A stretch of DNA of 64,000 bases from Thermoanaerobaculia bacterium (lineage in GTDB: Bacteria > Acidobacteriota > Thermoanaerobaculia > Multivoradales > Multivoraceae): assembly GCA_963664405.1 (NCBI GenBank), contig OY761158.1:5792001-5856000 (forward strand), given 5' to 3'. Within the stretch, counting starts at the first letter, position 1; every line of letters starts with the position of its first letter. Position numbers and translations under genes: made by a program. Of the stretch, positions 48,038 to 58,114 are shown piece after piece. The notes below the pieces were generated by a model, which was not told the DNA's origin, made no database searches, and saw only the letters and a list, made by a program, of their open reading frames with translations.

Positions 48038-50186
48038 TCATGGTTCACTCGACTGTCTCTGGAGCTGGGCATCTCTCTTTTCGATCGCTCGCGAAATGAT
48101 GAAGGCGCGGATTGCGCTCAGGGACTCCTCGTCCAGTGAGTCGCCGAAGCCGGGCATACCCAACTCCTGCTTCGTGCCATCGTGAACGATCTCGGAGAAT
48201 TTCTTGTGGGTGTCGAGCGTCATCATTCTGAGGTCGGGCGCCGCGGCGGCGATCACCATGGGCACGCCGAGGCCGCGATGGCAGTTGGCGCAGATCTGGT
48301 GGTAGAGCGCGTTCCCGCGATCCACAGTCTCGGCCGACGCTGTGAGTGTTGGCGGTTGCGGAATCTCGGTACTGCGCAGCGGCGGCTGCGGTAGCGTCTG
48401 CGCGCCGCCGAGCTTGAACACGATCAGCTTCCCAGGCGAGTCGTACTCGGCACCGCTGCCGGCGATCGCCGCGAGATACTGGATGCCATCGATCATGTAG
48501 GTGACAGGCGCTGCAGAGAACGAGCCGTACGCGTCGAATCGCCAGAGTAGCTCACCGCTGTCGGTGTTGTAAGCCGAGAGCTGCCCTTTCCCATCTCCCT
48601 GAAAGAGTAGGCCGGTCACCGTTGCCAGGACTCCGCCGTTGAACCCGGTGGGTAGCTCCAGCTTCCAGCGCGACTCTCCGGAAAGCGGGTCGAAGGCGAT
48701 CAAGAAGCCTCTGGTCTCGGGGCGCGGTGGGGCCTTCGCTTCCAGTGCGGAGCGATAGGGGCCCAATCCCAGGCCGAGACTTAGTCCGATCTTATTGATC
48801 TCGTACTTGCCGGTCGCGACAAAGGTCTCGTCGAGCGAGTAGAAATTCGCGTAGTCGTGGTAATAGAAATACATGATGCCGCTCGCTTCGTCGAACGACA
48901 TCGGCTCCCAGTTGTGGGCGCCCGCGTTTGCGGGGAGGATCCACTGCGGGTCGGTCTCGTACACAACGTCAGGGTTCTCCACCGGTCGTCCGGTCTCCAT
49001 GTCGACGTGGGTCGCCCAGGTGATGCCCTCGGTGTAGGGGTGGGCACGCAGGAGCTCGCCGTCGGTGCGATCGATGACGTAGAAGAAGCCGTTCTTCGGT
49101 GCCTGGAGGAGTACCTTGCGCTCTACTCCGTCGACGGTCATGTCCCCGAGAGCGATAGGCATGGCAGAGCTGTAGTCCCAGTTGTCGCCAGGCACGGTCT
49201 GGTAGTACCAGTTCATTCGGCCGCTCTCGACGTCGACCGAGACGATGGCGGTCAGAAACAGATCGTCGCCGCCACCGGGCGAGCGGATCTGGCGAGGCCA
49301 GGGAGCGCCGTTGCCGACGCCGATGTAGAGGCTTCCCAGCTCCTCGTCATAGACCAGCGAGCTCCACGCGGTCCCTCCTCCGCCGTACTTCCACCACTCT
49401 CCCCCCCCAGGTCTTGGCGGCGAGCTCCATCTCCGGGTGCTCGAAAGGCTTGGAGGGGTCCCCGGGTACCAGGTAGAAGCGCCATGCCACTTCTCCGCTG
49501 TCGGCATCGTAAGCGGTGACATAGCCGCGGCGGTGGCCGCTCTCGGAGCTGCCCTGGCCGATGAAGACCTTGCCCGCTGCGGCGCGAGGTGCACCGGTGA
49601 TGTTGAAGCGACCCAGCGCGGACGGGTGATAGGTGTCGACGTCCCAGACCTCCTCGCCGGTAGCGGCATCGACCGAGATCAAGCGGCCGTCGAAAGTGGC
49701 GACGTAGACCCTACCCTTGTAAACCGCGACGCCTCGATTCGCGGCCCCACCACAGCAGGCGTATTTGATGTACTCGCGGTCGGTCTTGGGGTCGTAAGTC
49801 CAGATCTCCGCCCCGGTGCCGGCATCGAGCGCGTAAATCACGCTCCAACCGTTGGTCACGTACATGACGCCGTCGACGATGAGGGGCGTGCTTTGCATTT
49901 TGTCTCGGCCATCGCCGATGGCCTTGAACCAGGCGACGCCGAGCTCCTGCAAGCCGTCTCGGCCGATCTGGGTCAGCGTGGAGAAGCGCTGCTCTTTGTA
50001 GGTTTGCCCGTAGGTCAGCCAACTGCCGGGCTCGTCCATGGCCGCGCGCTTGATGCGCTCGTCGTCGACTCGACCGGCAGGCGGCGACTCTGTCGGCTCG
50101 GTCGAGCGCCCGACGTCCACTTCTGAGCGCCCGCCGCAGCAAACGAGGGAGAGTGCAACCAGGGCTGTGACGGCTCTTGTCGTCAA
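48038..50186 (-). pseudogene. Quinohemoprotein alcohol dehydrogenase (type II PQQ-ADH with cytochrome c); +1 frameshift in the C8 run at 49401-49408
   Basis: N-part RFSTLTQI, ACCGGAANRG, ITGAP; C-part GGGGTAW, GNGAPW, WDY, QAPKNGFFY, CANCH heme motif; removing one G restores TWGGEWWK. Confidence 0.88.
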
Positions 50187-51322
50187 CGGTATGACTTGAC
50201 AGGTGGCAAGCGGGCCCCGTTCTCGCCCTCGGGCCGTTGGCCGGCCTCGGCGGTCAGCCGCAGGGTGCCGATGCCGTCGATGCTGGCCTCGATCAACTCG
50301 CCCGGCTTGAGGTAGCGGTCCTCTTTGCCGCGGGTTGCGGCAGAGCCGGCCGCGGTGCCGCCGGACGTTCCGTTGTTGATCACATCGCCGGGATACAGGG
50401 TAATGATGGAGGAGGCATACTCGATGAGCTCCCAGAGGGAATGGATCATGTCGCCGGCTCTCGCCTCCTGCAGCTGCTGGCCGTCGACACTCAGCGTCTG
50501 GCGAAGCTTCTCCATCGGGTCTCCGTAGAACTCCTTCGGTACGATCCAGGGGCCCTGCGGCGCGAAAGTGTCGTGACCCTTGCCCACGAACCAGTCCGAG
50601 GTCATTGGGTTCCCTCCAGGCGGCCGTCCTCCACGGTCGGAGACGTCGATCGATACCGTGTAGCCGAATACATAGTCCTGCGCGTCGGAGGCTGACACGT
50701 ACTTGGCCGTTCGCCCGATCACAGTCCCCAGCTCGACCTCCCAGTCGGTTCGGTCACGACCGTAGGGAATCACGATCGAATCGTCGGTGCCGATGACCGC
50801 GCCTCTAGAGGGTTTCAGGAATAGGTAGGGTACGCCGCGCTGCTCGCGTCTCTGGCGCCGGGCTGACGCCTGCTTTTCGGGAGTGTCGGCCTCATTGACG
50901 TGGCTGTAGAAGTTGACCGCCGCGTTGAGGATCTTGCCCGGATACATGATCGGGGGCAGCGTGCGGATCTCGCTCACATTGTGAATGTAGGCCGCCCGAC
51001 CGCTACCGGTTACCTGATTGTTCGCCACCAGGTGGTTGACGATTTCGTAGAGTCGATACTTGAAGCCGTAGTCATAGAGACCGATCAGCTCGAGCATGTC
51101 CTCGGGCAGCGGAACCTTGGGATAGGCCGGATCCGCCTCGAGGGCCATATTGGCCGACTCGAGATCGACGACCAGGCTGTCGCGAAGCACCAGGCCCAAG
51201 TGGGGAACGCCGTGGAGCTCGAAAGTACCGAGCTTGAACGGCTCGGCTGAGTCCGTTGCCTGAGCCGGCACGAAGGCAGGGCTCGCCAGCGCTACGAGCA
51301 GAATGAGAAAAAGTGATCGCAT
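50183..51322 (-). CDS. Fumarylacetoacetate hydrolase family protein with signal peptide
   Basis: AVNFYSH, DWEVELG, DVSDR, GKGHDTFAPQGP, PGDVI..GT. Confidence 0.88.
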   Translation of the reverse strand: MRSLFLILLVALASPAFVPAQATDSAEPFKLGTFELHGVPHLGLVLRDSLVVDLESANMALEADPAYPKVPLPEDMLELIGLYDYGFKYRLYEIVNHLVANNQVTGSGRAAYIHNVSEIRTLPPIMYPGKILNAAVNFYSHVNEADTPEKQASARRQRREQRGVPYLFLKPSRGAVIGTDDSIVIPYGRDRTDWEVELGTVIGRTAKYVSASDAQDYVFGYTVSIDVSDRGGRPPGGNPMTSDWFVGKGHDTFAPQGPWIVPKEFYGDPMEKLRQTLSVDGQQLQEARAGDMIHSLWELIEYASSIITLYPGDVINNGTSGGTAAGSAATRGKEDRYLKPGELIEASIDGIGTLRLTAEAGQRPEGENGARLPPVKSYR

Positions 51323-51466
51323 GAGCTTCCTCCTCTGGGATCTCGACCGAAACCAATGACGGCTCGATTGCTGAGATTGGCAAATCCGATTTCTACGCCT
51401 GCACGCCCGGCCTGTCAAGCTCGATTCGGCGCCCAGCGCGAGTGCTTCGTGGCGAAGAGGTACTAT

Positions 51467-51490
51467 CTATGCACGCCACTATGCACGCCA
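51467..51490 (+). repeat. 12-bp tandem direct repeat CTATGCACGCCA x2 in a divergent intergenic region
   Basis: Read directly from sequence; 25 bp upstream of the 51516 ATG. Confidence 0.7.
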
Positions 51491-51515
51491 CGGTGTCGGC
51501 AGGAGGAGGTTTTTC

Positions 51516-52586
51516 ATGCGCAGACGAATTCTGAGCTCGATCTTTGTCGTCGCCCTACTTGCTCTGACCGGAACAGCGGTCCTGGCCGCCGCGGCCGACG
51601 AGAGCTGGACGGTCTCTCGTAACGACTACGGCCATCCCGACCTCGAGGGCGTCTGGGCGAATAACAATGCAATCCCGATGGAGCGGCCCGCGGAGTGGGA
51701 GGGCAAAGACCGCCTGACCGAAGCCGAGCTCCAGGAGCTCGTCGAGGCGGCGAAGGAAGCCTCCAACCCCGGAGAGGATGCGCTCTTTGGCGACCAGTTG
51801 GTGCTCGCCGCCATCGCCAAGACGAAAGCCGAGAGCTACGATCCGGCGACCGGCAATTACAATCAGTTCTGGGTGGCCGAGCGCGACTTCTCGAACCGCA
51901 CATCTCTCGTCGTGGAGCCGCCGGACGGGAGGATCCCGCCGCTGACGGAGGCGGCGCGGCGCAAGATGTGCGCGCAGATCGAGTACGCGAGCGAGCACCC
52001 TGCCGACTCGTGGCTGGATCGGTCGCTGTCGGAGCGCTGTGTCAGCTTCGGCGTACCCTTCGTCGGAGCCGGCTACAACGGTTATTTCCAGATCTTTCAG
52101 AGCTTGGACCACGTCGTCATCGTGCAAGAGATGATCCACGACGCGCGCATCATTCCCCTCGTCGACAGGCCATCCCTCAGCGACGACATCCGCCTCTTAC
52201 ACGGCGATTCCCGGGGCCACTGGGACGGAGACACCCTGGTCGTGGAGACCAGGAATTACTCTCCCAAGAGCAGCTTCAGGGGCTCGTCGGAGAATCTACA
52301 ACTGACCGAGCGCTTCACTCGTCTCGGGCCTACGCACCTCGAGTGGGAGCTCACGATCAGCGATCCCAGCACTTGGACGGCTCCTTGGAGCATCTCGATA
52401 CCGCTCAAGGGTACCGACGAGGCGATCTTCGAGTACGCCTGTCACGAGGGCAACTACGGCATGTCCGGCATCTTGGCCGGCCATCGCGCGCACGAGGCCC
52501 AAGGGAAGGCTCCACAACAGGCCCCGCTCAACCTCCGCTACCAGACTCTCGGTTGTGAAGAGACGCCCTCCGCGGGCGCCGACTAG
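51516..52586 (+). CDS. Uncharacterised secreted protein, 'YEYACHEGNY' family (copy 3)
   Basis: GHPDLEGVW, RTSLVVEPPDGRIP, ERC, GDSRGHWDGDTLVVET, FEYACHEGNY; RBS AGGAGG. Confidence 0.85.
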   Translation: MRRRILSSIFVVALLALTGTAVLAAAADESWTVSRNDYGHPDLEGVWANNNAIPMERPAEWEGKDRLTEAELQELVEAAKEASNPGEDALFGDQLVLAAIAKTKAESYDPATGNYNQFWVAERDFSNRTSLVVEPPDGRIPPLTEAARRKMCAQIEYASEHPADSWLDRSLSERCVSFGVPFVGAGYNGYFQIFQSLDHVVIVQEMIHDARIIPLVDRPSLSDDIRLLHGDSRGHWDGDTLVVETRNYSPKSSFRGSSENLQLTERFTRLGPTHLEWELTISDPSTWTAPWSISIPLKGTDEAIFEYACHEGNYGMSGILAGHRAHEAQGKAPQQAPLNLRYQTLGCEETPSAGAD

Positions 52587-54265
52587 TTGGGAAGCGCGAA
52601 GACGAATAGGTTGTTGCCTGAGCTCGGGCGCAGCTCGGGTGTGAGCCCGGCGCCAAGCGCTGCCGATCTAGAGCCGGTCGAGGCGACGACATACTGGCGT
52701 CCGTTTACGGCATAGCTGATCGGAAAGCCGGTGACCGCCGAGCCCAGATTGATCTCCCACAGCACGTCGCCCGTTTCTTGGTCCAAGGCCTTGAAGCGTC
52801 CATTGGAATCGCCTACGAAAACGAGCCCACCACCGCTCGTAAAGAGCGACTGGGTAGCGGCTCGCTGCTCGTAGGTCCACTTCGTCTTTCCTGTTTTCAC
52901 CGAAACCGCGTAAACGGTCCCCAGCTGGTCGGTGCCGGGGGCGATCTCGTGCTCCGCGCGGAGCGCGTAGATGGCGAGTCGTTGTCCCTCGTTGGTAGCT
53001 GTCATGCGCGCGCAGGTGTTGCGAAGGGGGAAGTACATGGTGCCCGTCAGGGGGCTGTAGGCGCCGGCCTGCCAATCTTTACCTCCTATATAGGTCGGAC
53101 AGACGAGGACCTCCTGGCCCAGCTCGCTGAACACGACCTCCGCGTTCTCGGTCACCTCACCGGTAGCGCCGTCGATATCGCTGATCACGTTCTGCGGCAC
53201 GGTGGGGGTGGCCCACAGAAACTCCCCGGTCTCGCGGTCGAGGGTGTAGACCACCCCGGTCTTGCCGGGAATGCCGGTCACTACCTTGCGGACCTCACCC
53301 GGCACGAGGCGCGGATTGGTCCACCGGACTTCGCTCTGGTCGGGCTCGACCGCGGTGTCGACAAGGAGGCGCTCGAAGGGGTGGTCCAGATCCCAGTGGT
53401 CGACGAGATGTTGGTAGTACCACGCGATCTCGCCGGTGCCGGCCTCGAGCGCGAGCGTCGAGTTGTGGTAGAGGTGCTTGTGGTCTGAGCCCCCCAGCAG
53501 GAACTTGGGTGCCGGCGAAGTCACACTCGTTCCGATGTAGATGAGGTCCAGGCCCGGCTCGCCCGGCGCCGGAATCGTGCGCCGTCGCCAAAGCTCCTTG
53601 CCGGTCATCGCGTCGTGGGCGGTAATGACACACGCATCAGGTCCGCCGCGATCCGAACAGGAGCGCCCTGAGATCACCTTGCCGTTGGCGATGATGGGCC
53701 CGGAGCTTTGGAGGACGGGCAGCTTCTTGTAATCGACGATCTCGGTTTCCCAGGCGAGCGCCCCGGTGGTCGCATCGAGGGCGAAGACGTAGGCGTCGGC
53801 GCTGGTGTCGATGATCAGATGGCCGTAGATCGCGATATTCCGGTTGTTTTCAGCCAGCCCACGGCCGGTGCCGTCCGGAAGCTCCCGGCGATACTCCCAG
53901 ACGAGGTCACCGGTGACCGCGTCGATCGCCTGGATCACATCCTTCGGGTTCGGCATATAGAGGACGCCGTCGTAGACCAGCGGCGTGCCCTGTTGGCGAC
54001 CCTCGTTCATGCCCCGCGACCAGACCAGTTGCAGGTCCTTCACGTTGTCGCGGGTAATCTCGTCGAGGGGGCTGTAGCCCCAACCGTCGAGGGTGCGACG
54101 CCACATCAGCCAGTCGTCATCGCTGGGGCTCTGCAGCATCGCGTCGGTGACCGGGACGAATTCGTCCACTGAGTTGCGTCGGGCGGTGATGGGAGCTGAG
54201 GCGGCTGTGGCGACGGCTATTGAGATCAGAAAGACATGGGGGGCCGTAAAATACCGACTCGTCAT
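52583..54265 (-). CDS. PQQ-dependent alcohol dehydrogenase-like beta-propeller with apparent internal in-frame deletion
   Basis: WLMWRRT..GWGYSPL, TPLVYDG, GKTG, GFPISYAVNGRQY; PAPGEPG joined directly to LDLIYIGTS. Confidence 0.8.
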   Translation of the reverse strand: MTSRYFTAPHVFLISIAVATAASAPITARRNSVDEFVPVTDAMLQSPSDDDWLMWRRTLDGWGYSPLDEITRDNVKDLQLVWSRGMNEGRQQGTPLVYDGVLYMPNPKDVIQAIDAVTGDLVWEYRRELPDGTGRGLAENNRNIAIYGHLIIDTSADAYVFALDATTGALAWETEIVDYKKLPVLQSSGPIIANGKVISGRSCSDRGGPDACVITAHDAMTGKELWRRRTIPAPGEPGLDLIYIGTSVTSPAPKFLLGGSDHKHLYHNSTLALEAGTGEIAWYYQHLVDHWDLDHPFERLLVDTAVEPDQSEVRWTNPRLVPGEVRKVVTGIPGKTGVVYTLDRETGEFLWATPTVPQNVISDIDGATGEVTENAEVVFSELGQEVLVCPTYIGGKDWQAGAYSPLTGTMYFPLRNTCARMTATNEGQRLAIYALRAEHEIAPGTDQLGTVYAVSVKTGKTKWTYEQRAATQSLFTSGGGLVFVGDSNGRFKALDQETGDVLWEINLGSAVTGFPISYAVNGRQYVVASTGSRSAALGAGLTPELRPSSGNNLFVFALPN

Positions 54266-54301
54266 TCGAGGCTCCTTCGCGGAAGGTGCGGGAAGGTGCG
54301 A

Positions 54302-55456
54302 TTATGCACGAACGGAGGGGCCAGTGCTCCCGTCCGATGTATCTCCGTCACGCGGGATCTTCCGCCTCTCTGATCGTGCCTCGGCGAGCAATCGTTTCGC
54401 CCGAATCTCTTCTCCCTCGGGATTCGACCGTTCTGCCTGCCGCAGATACTCCAGGGCCTTATCGGGCTGCCCTTTGATCAGCCAGATCGTGCCCAGGAGG
54501 CCCCATGCGTACTCGCCGAAGAGTCGGCGGTCATAGCCGAGATCGCGCGGCCGATCGGGATCGCCTCGATCGATCAGATCCTCGAGGTATCGGCAGGCTA
54601 TATCCCAACGGCTTTCAGCGACTCTTTGGCGAGCCGCCCACCAAAGGATCAGGGGATCGCTAGGGTGCCGTTCCAGGGCCTCGTCGACCAACGCGGCGGC
54701 GTCCATCAGCTCGGTGTCGTCGGAGAAGTGCAGGGCGAGCAGGTCAGAGTAGGCGAGCGCGTCACCGGGTGATGGCTCGCCGGCTCGCACCACTGCTAGA
54801 CCTTGTCGAAAGGCGATCTCTGCCGCCGCGGCGTCGCCCAGTGCCAGCTCCGCTTCACCCAGGGCATGCCACAGATAAGGTCGCTCGGGGTCGCTCTTGA
54901 TGGCTTTTCTCAGCAGAGGAAGGTTACGAACGTGCTTCGCGGTGAGATCTCCCTCATAGCCGAGGTGCTCGATGAATATCGGCGCGTCGATGATGCGAGC
55001 GGATTCTTCGCGCACGATTCGGTGAACATCTGGGAGCACCGTCTCGTGGATTGCTCCCCTGAAGCGCAGGTCGGCGCGATTTCTGAACAGGCGATATTCG
55101 AGATAGGGAGTCAGGCCGCTTGCGGCTCGAAATCCGACCCGCGCCGCGACGATGCCGGGATCCTCGAGGGCTTGCCTCAGATCTCCTTGAAGATCGATTC
55201 GCTCGTCGGCGTCAATGTAGAGAATCCACTCTGTGCCCGCGGCGTCGAGACCCGTGTTTCGAGCCTGAGAGAAGTCGTCACGCCAAGGCTGTTGGAGCAC
55301 TGTGGCCCCGAACGAACGGCAGATCTCTACGCTCGAGTCCTGGGAGCCGGTGTCGACGACTACGACTTCATCGACGATGTCTTGCAGAGCACCGAGGCAG
55401 GCAGGGAGGTGTCGGGCCTCGTCGCGGACGATCAGTGCAGCAGCGATCCCGGCCAA
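54302..55456 (-). CDS. GT2 glycosyltransferase with TPR region (SunS/flagellin-GT-like architecture)
   Basis: LIVRDEA..L..CL, VVVDTGS, W.DDFS.ARN, IDADE, IHE, HLGY, then TPR-like helices. Confidence 0.88.
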   Translation of the reverse strand: MAGIAAALIVRDEARHLPACLGALQDIVDEVVVVDTGSQDSSVEICRSFGATVLQQPWRDDFSQARNTGLDAAGTEWILYIDADERIDLQGDLRQALEDPGIVAARVGFRAASGLTPYLEYRLFRNRADLRFRGAIHETVLPDVHRIVREESARIIDAPIFIEHLGYEGDLTAKHVRNLPLLRKAIKSDPERPYLWHALGEAELALGDAAAAEIAFRQGLAVVRAGEPSPGDALAYSDLLALHFSDDTELMDAAALVDEALERHPSDPLILWWAARQRVAESRWDIACRYLEDLIDRGDPDRPRDLGYDRRLFGEYAWGLLGTIWLIKGQPDKALEYLRQAERSNPEGEEIRAKRLLAEARSERRKIPRDGDTSDGSTGPSVRA

Positions 55457-55463
55457 GGCGGCT

Positions 55464-55631
55464 CTACGCTGGGATCGAAGAATTCGACTGCGCCGCGGCA
55501 GGGCGGCTCATCAGACCCGCCATCGTGAAGCTTGCGACGACAGGAGCTACGAAGCTTGTCGATGCGGCCTTACGAATGAAGTCACGGCGCGATTCGTCGA
55601 ACTCTTTGAGGATCTCGTCGTTCTTTGGCAT
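55464..55631 (-). CDS. 55-aa peptide, candidate RiPP precursor: MPKNDEILKEFDESRRDFIRKAASTSFVAPVVASFTMAGLMSRPAAAQSNSSIPA
   Basis: Manually translated (below the track's 60-aa cutoff); GGAG upstream; fills the gap between the kinase-like and GT2 genes on the same strand. Confidence 0.8.
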   Translation of the reverse strand: MPKNDEILKEFDESRRDFIRKAASTSFVAPVVASFTMAGLMSRPAAAQSNSSIPA

Positions 55632-55670
55632 CAGCTGAGCTCCGGGTTGCAGGTTCTCGATGGAACTATT

Positions 55671-56540
55671 CTAGCGCAAGAAGGTGTCCTGTTCCCAGGC
55701 CTTCAGGATGGGACTGTAGCTCTCGTGGGCGACCTCTTCGAGGTGAGCGACCCCGTCCTTGGGCTCTCCGAGCTTCAACCTGTGGCCTCCGTACCGGCTC
55801 AGACGGGTCGCTGCCGCGACCAGCGTCGACGGGGACTGAACCCAACCCAGCGAGCTTTCGACCAGGCTCCGGAGCGTTTCGAAGATCGGAAGGCGCTGAC
55901 TCTCGGTCGCGCCATCATGATTGGCTTCGAGGACGATGACTCCGTCTATGGGATGCGGAGAGATGACCCACTCGAAGCCGGCTTCACCCGGGTCGAAACC
56001 CACGACTCTTTGACCGACTGTCGAAGCGATGGGCTGGTCCGCCAACAAGGGGGCGATTTCCGGGACCAGGCTTTCGATACCTGTCTTGAGATGCAGTCGG
56101 CGGGGTACAGCCAAGACCTGGCTGTCGCGCTCGAGCACCATCTCATCGCCCTCGATGGTGTAGCCGCTGTAGAGGAGGGCCGTAGCCAGTGTCGTTTTGC
56201 CTACTCCCTTCTCTCCTAACAGCAAGAGTCTTGCGCCGCGGATGTTGACGAGGGCGCCGTGGAACACCGACCACCCGGCGAGCGAGTATCGCTCGAGCAC
56301 GCGGCTGTGAAGTCGGAGGTAGATCGTCCACAAGACATCGTCGACCTGGTGTAGGACATCGACGAGATCGCCGTCCTCCCGCACCAGCCAAGGCCCTTCG
56401 CCTTCGACTTGATAGCGCATCACCTTCCGAACTTCGACATCCTGCCGCGCGCTCGTCGGCAAGTAGTTGAGGCGCTCGGCCAGGTTCGGGTCGTCGACCT
56501 CCAGCTCGACCCGCACACTGAGGAGTTGAAAGGAGGTCAC
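55671..56540 (-). CDS. HPr kinase-related P-loop kinase
   Basis: FHGALV....RLLLLGEKGVGKTTL...L...GY....DE; start overlaps the PqqD stop. Confidence 0.82.
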   Translation of the reverse strand: MTSFQLLSVRVELEVDDPNLAERLNYLPTSARQDVEVRKVMRYQVEGEGPWLVREDGDLVDVLHQVDDVLWTIYLRLHSRVLERYSLAGWSVFHGALVNIRGARLLLLGEKGVGKTTLATALLYSGYTIEGDEMVLERDSQVLAVPRRLHLKTGIESLVPEIAPLLADQPIASTVGQRVVGFDPGEAGFEWVISPHPIDGVIVLEANHDGATESQRLPIFETLRSLVESSLGWVQSPSTLVAAATRLSRYGGHRLKLGEPKDGVAHLEEVAHESYSPILKAWEQDTFLR

Positions 56541-56839
56541 TCGCTGCCGGTGTCGATCTGTCGCACCACACCCTCGCGTAACAGCAGATCCAGGCCGTCT
56601 TCGAGGGTGCTGAGTGGCGAAGCGTCAAGGGAGAATAGCTCGGTGACGATTCGGCCCATCTCCTCGAGACTGCGAGAACCGTCGCAGAGCTCGAAGAGAA
56701 CCGCTGCTGTCGCATTCAAGTGATGAATGCGATCGGTCCGGGGGTCGAAGACCACCATCCCCTCCTCGGCCTCGTGAGCCTCGAGACCGGGGATTCGCTC
56801 GAATGTTCTGGCGTCACTCAATTTGCGAGAGGCTATCAT
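56537..56839 (-). CDS. PqqD family protein (RiPP recognition element)
   Basis: MVVFDP.TD.IHHLNATAAVLFELCDGSRS.EE....L..L...G.V. Confidence 0.9.
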   Translation of the reverse strand: MIASRKLSDARTFERIPGLEAHEAEEGMVVFDPRTDRIHHLNATAAVLFELCDGSRSLEEMGRIVTELFSLDASPLSTLEDGLDLLLREGVVRQIDTGSE

Positions 56840-58103
56840 CGAGATCGGAGCCGTGAGGCCAGTGCGCTCCGGGTCCAGTCGGCGATTGAGCGAGAGACTT
56901 GCTCTACTTGGTAGCGCTCCTCGACTGCTCTTCGAGCGTTGCGAACGAGCCGGGCCGAGAGCTCCGGGTCTTTCAGAACACGAACCGCTGCCTGGGCCAG
57001 ATCGTCGTTCGAAGAGGCGAGCAGGAGATCGGTGTCGTTGCGCAGATCCAGGCCAGCGGCGGCTAATGGCGTCGCCACCACCGGCACTGCATTCGCAGCC
57101 GCCTCCAGGATCTTGAGGCGGCTTCCACCGCCAGCACGGAGGGGCACGACAGCTACGTCGGCTTGCCGGTACTGTGGGCTGAGATCGTTCACGGCTCCGG
57201 TCGACTGGACCCCAGGCAAGCGAGAAAGCTGGTCCAGAGCTTCCTTTCGTCCGCCCCCGACGAGCGTCAGGTCCGCGCTTGCAATTCGCTCCCTAGTGCG
57301 CGGCAGAATCTCGCACGCGAGCCGCTGCGCCGCGTCGAGGTTCGGGAGGTAGCCGAAGTTGCCGACGTAGAGCAGTCGTTTACCGCCGACGCTTCTAGCC
57401 TCTCTGGGCGGGCATCGAACTGCGTTCGGCAATACCGCGACCTTCTCGATGAGGCAAGACCGTGCCAGTGATCTGGAGTCGGATTCGGCTGCTGCCGCAA
57501 CACCGTCGAAGAGTGGCGAGCAGACCGCGCCGAAGCGGCGAAAACTCTCTGCTTCAGCTAGACACTTGAACGACGAGGTGTGCTCATTGCGAAGTTGGTG
57601 GAGGGCGGCGATCGACTCCAGGGTGGCGACGTCGTCTTCGTCCGCGTCGAGCAGCAGGCAGGGTCGCGATTCAGACTCTGCGAAGGGTAGAGCGGCCCCA
57701 GCCATATACAGGCGCAAGATCACGACGACATCGAAGCTCTCCTCAAAAACATGCTGCGAAGCCGGTGGCCGAGAGCCGGCGATGCTTGCCTGGCCCTTTC
57801 TGGCAGTGCCCGAGAGGCTCTTACGATGCTTCGACCGAGTCCGCTCTGCAACCAGCCGACCGCGGACTCATGCGGCCCAAGAAGCGGTACGACTTCGACG
57901 CGGTCGCAGTGCTGTGAAGCCCACTCCGAATTACCGATCTCGGCTTCCGGGTCAGACACAGGTAGCACGGCGACGCTCAGCGCTCCGACTTGCGCGAGTC
58001 CCTCCACCGCGAGGGCGGCCCGCATCGCCAGGCCATTGCCCGTTGGCGACGGGATGATCGGCGAGATCAGCAGAAGGCGGGTGGCCCCCGATGCTAAGCT
58101 CAA
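56836..58103 (-). pseudogene. GT4 glycosyltransferase; frameshift at the A5 run 57745-57749
   Basis: N-part LLLISPIIP.P.GNG..MR; C-part LLYVGNFGY.PN.DA, VVPLRAGGGSRLKILEA...VPVVAT; one extra T joins the frames; start uncertain. Confidence 0.8.
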
Positions 58104-58114
58104 CGCGCTCTCCG

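Noticed and set aside
56537-56839. PqqD as part of PQQ biosynthesis for the many quinoproteins
   Set aside because: No pqqA (ExxxY), pqqB, pqqC or pqqE nearby; the context is kinase and GT genes
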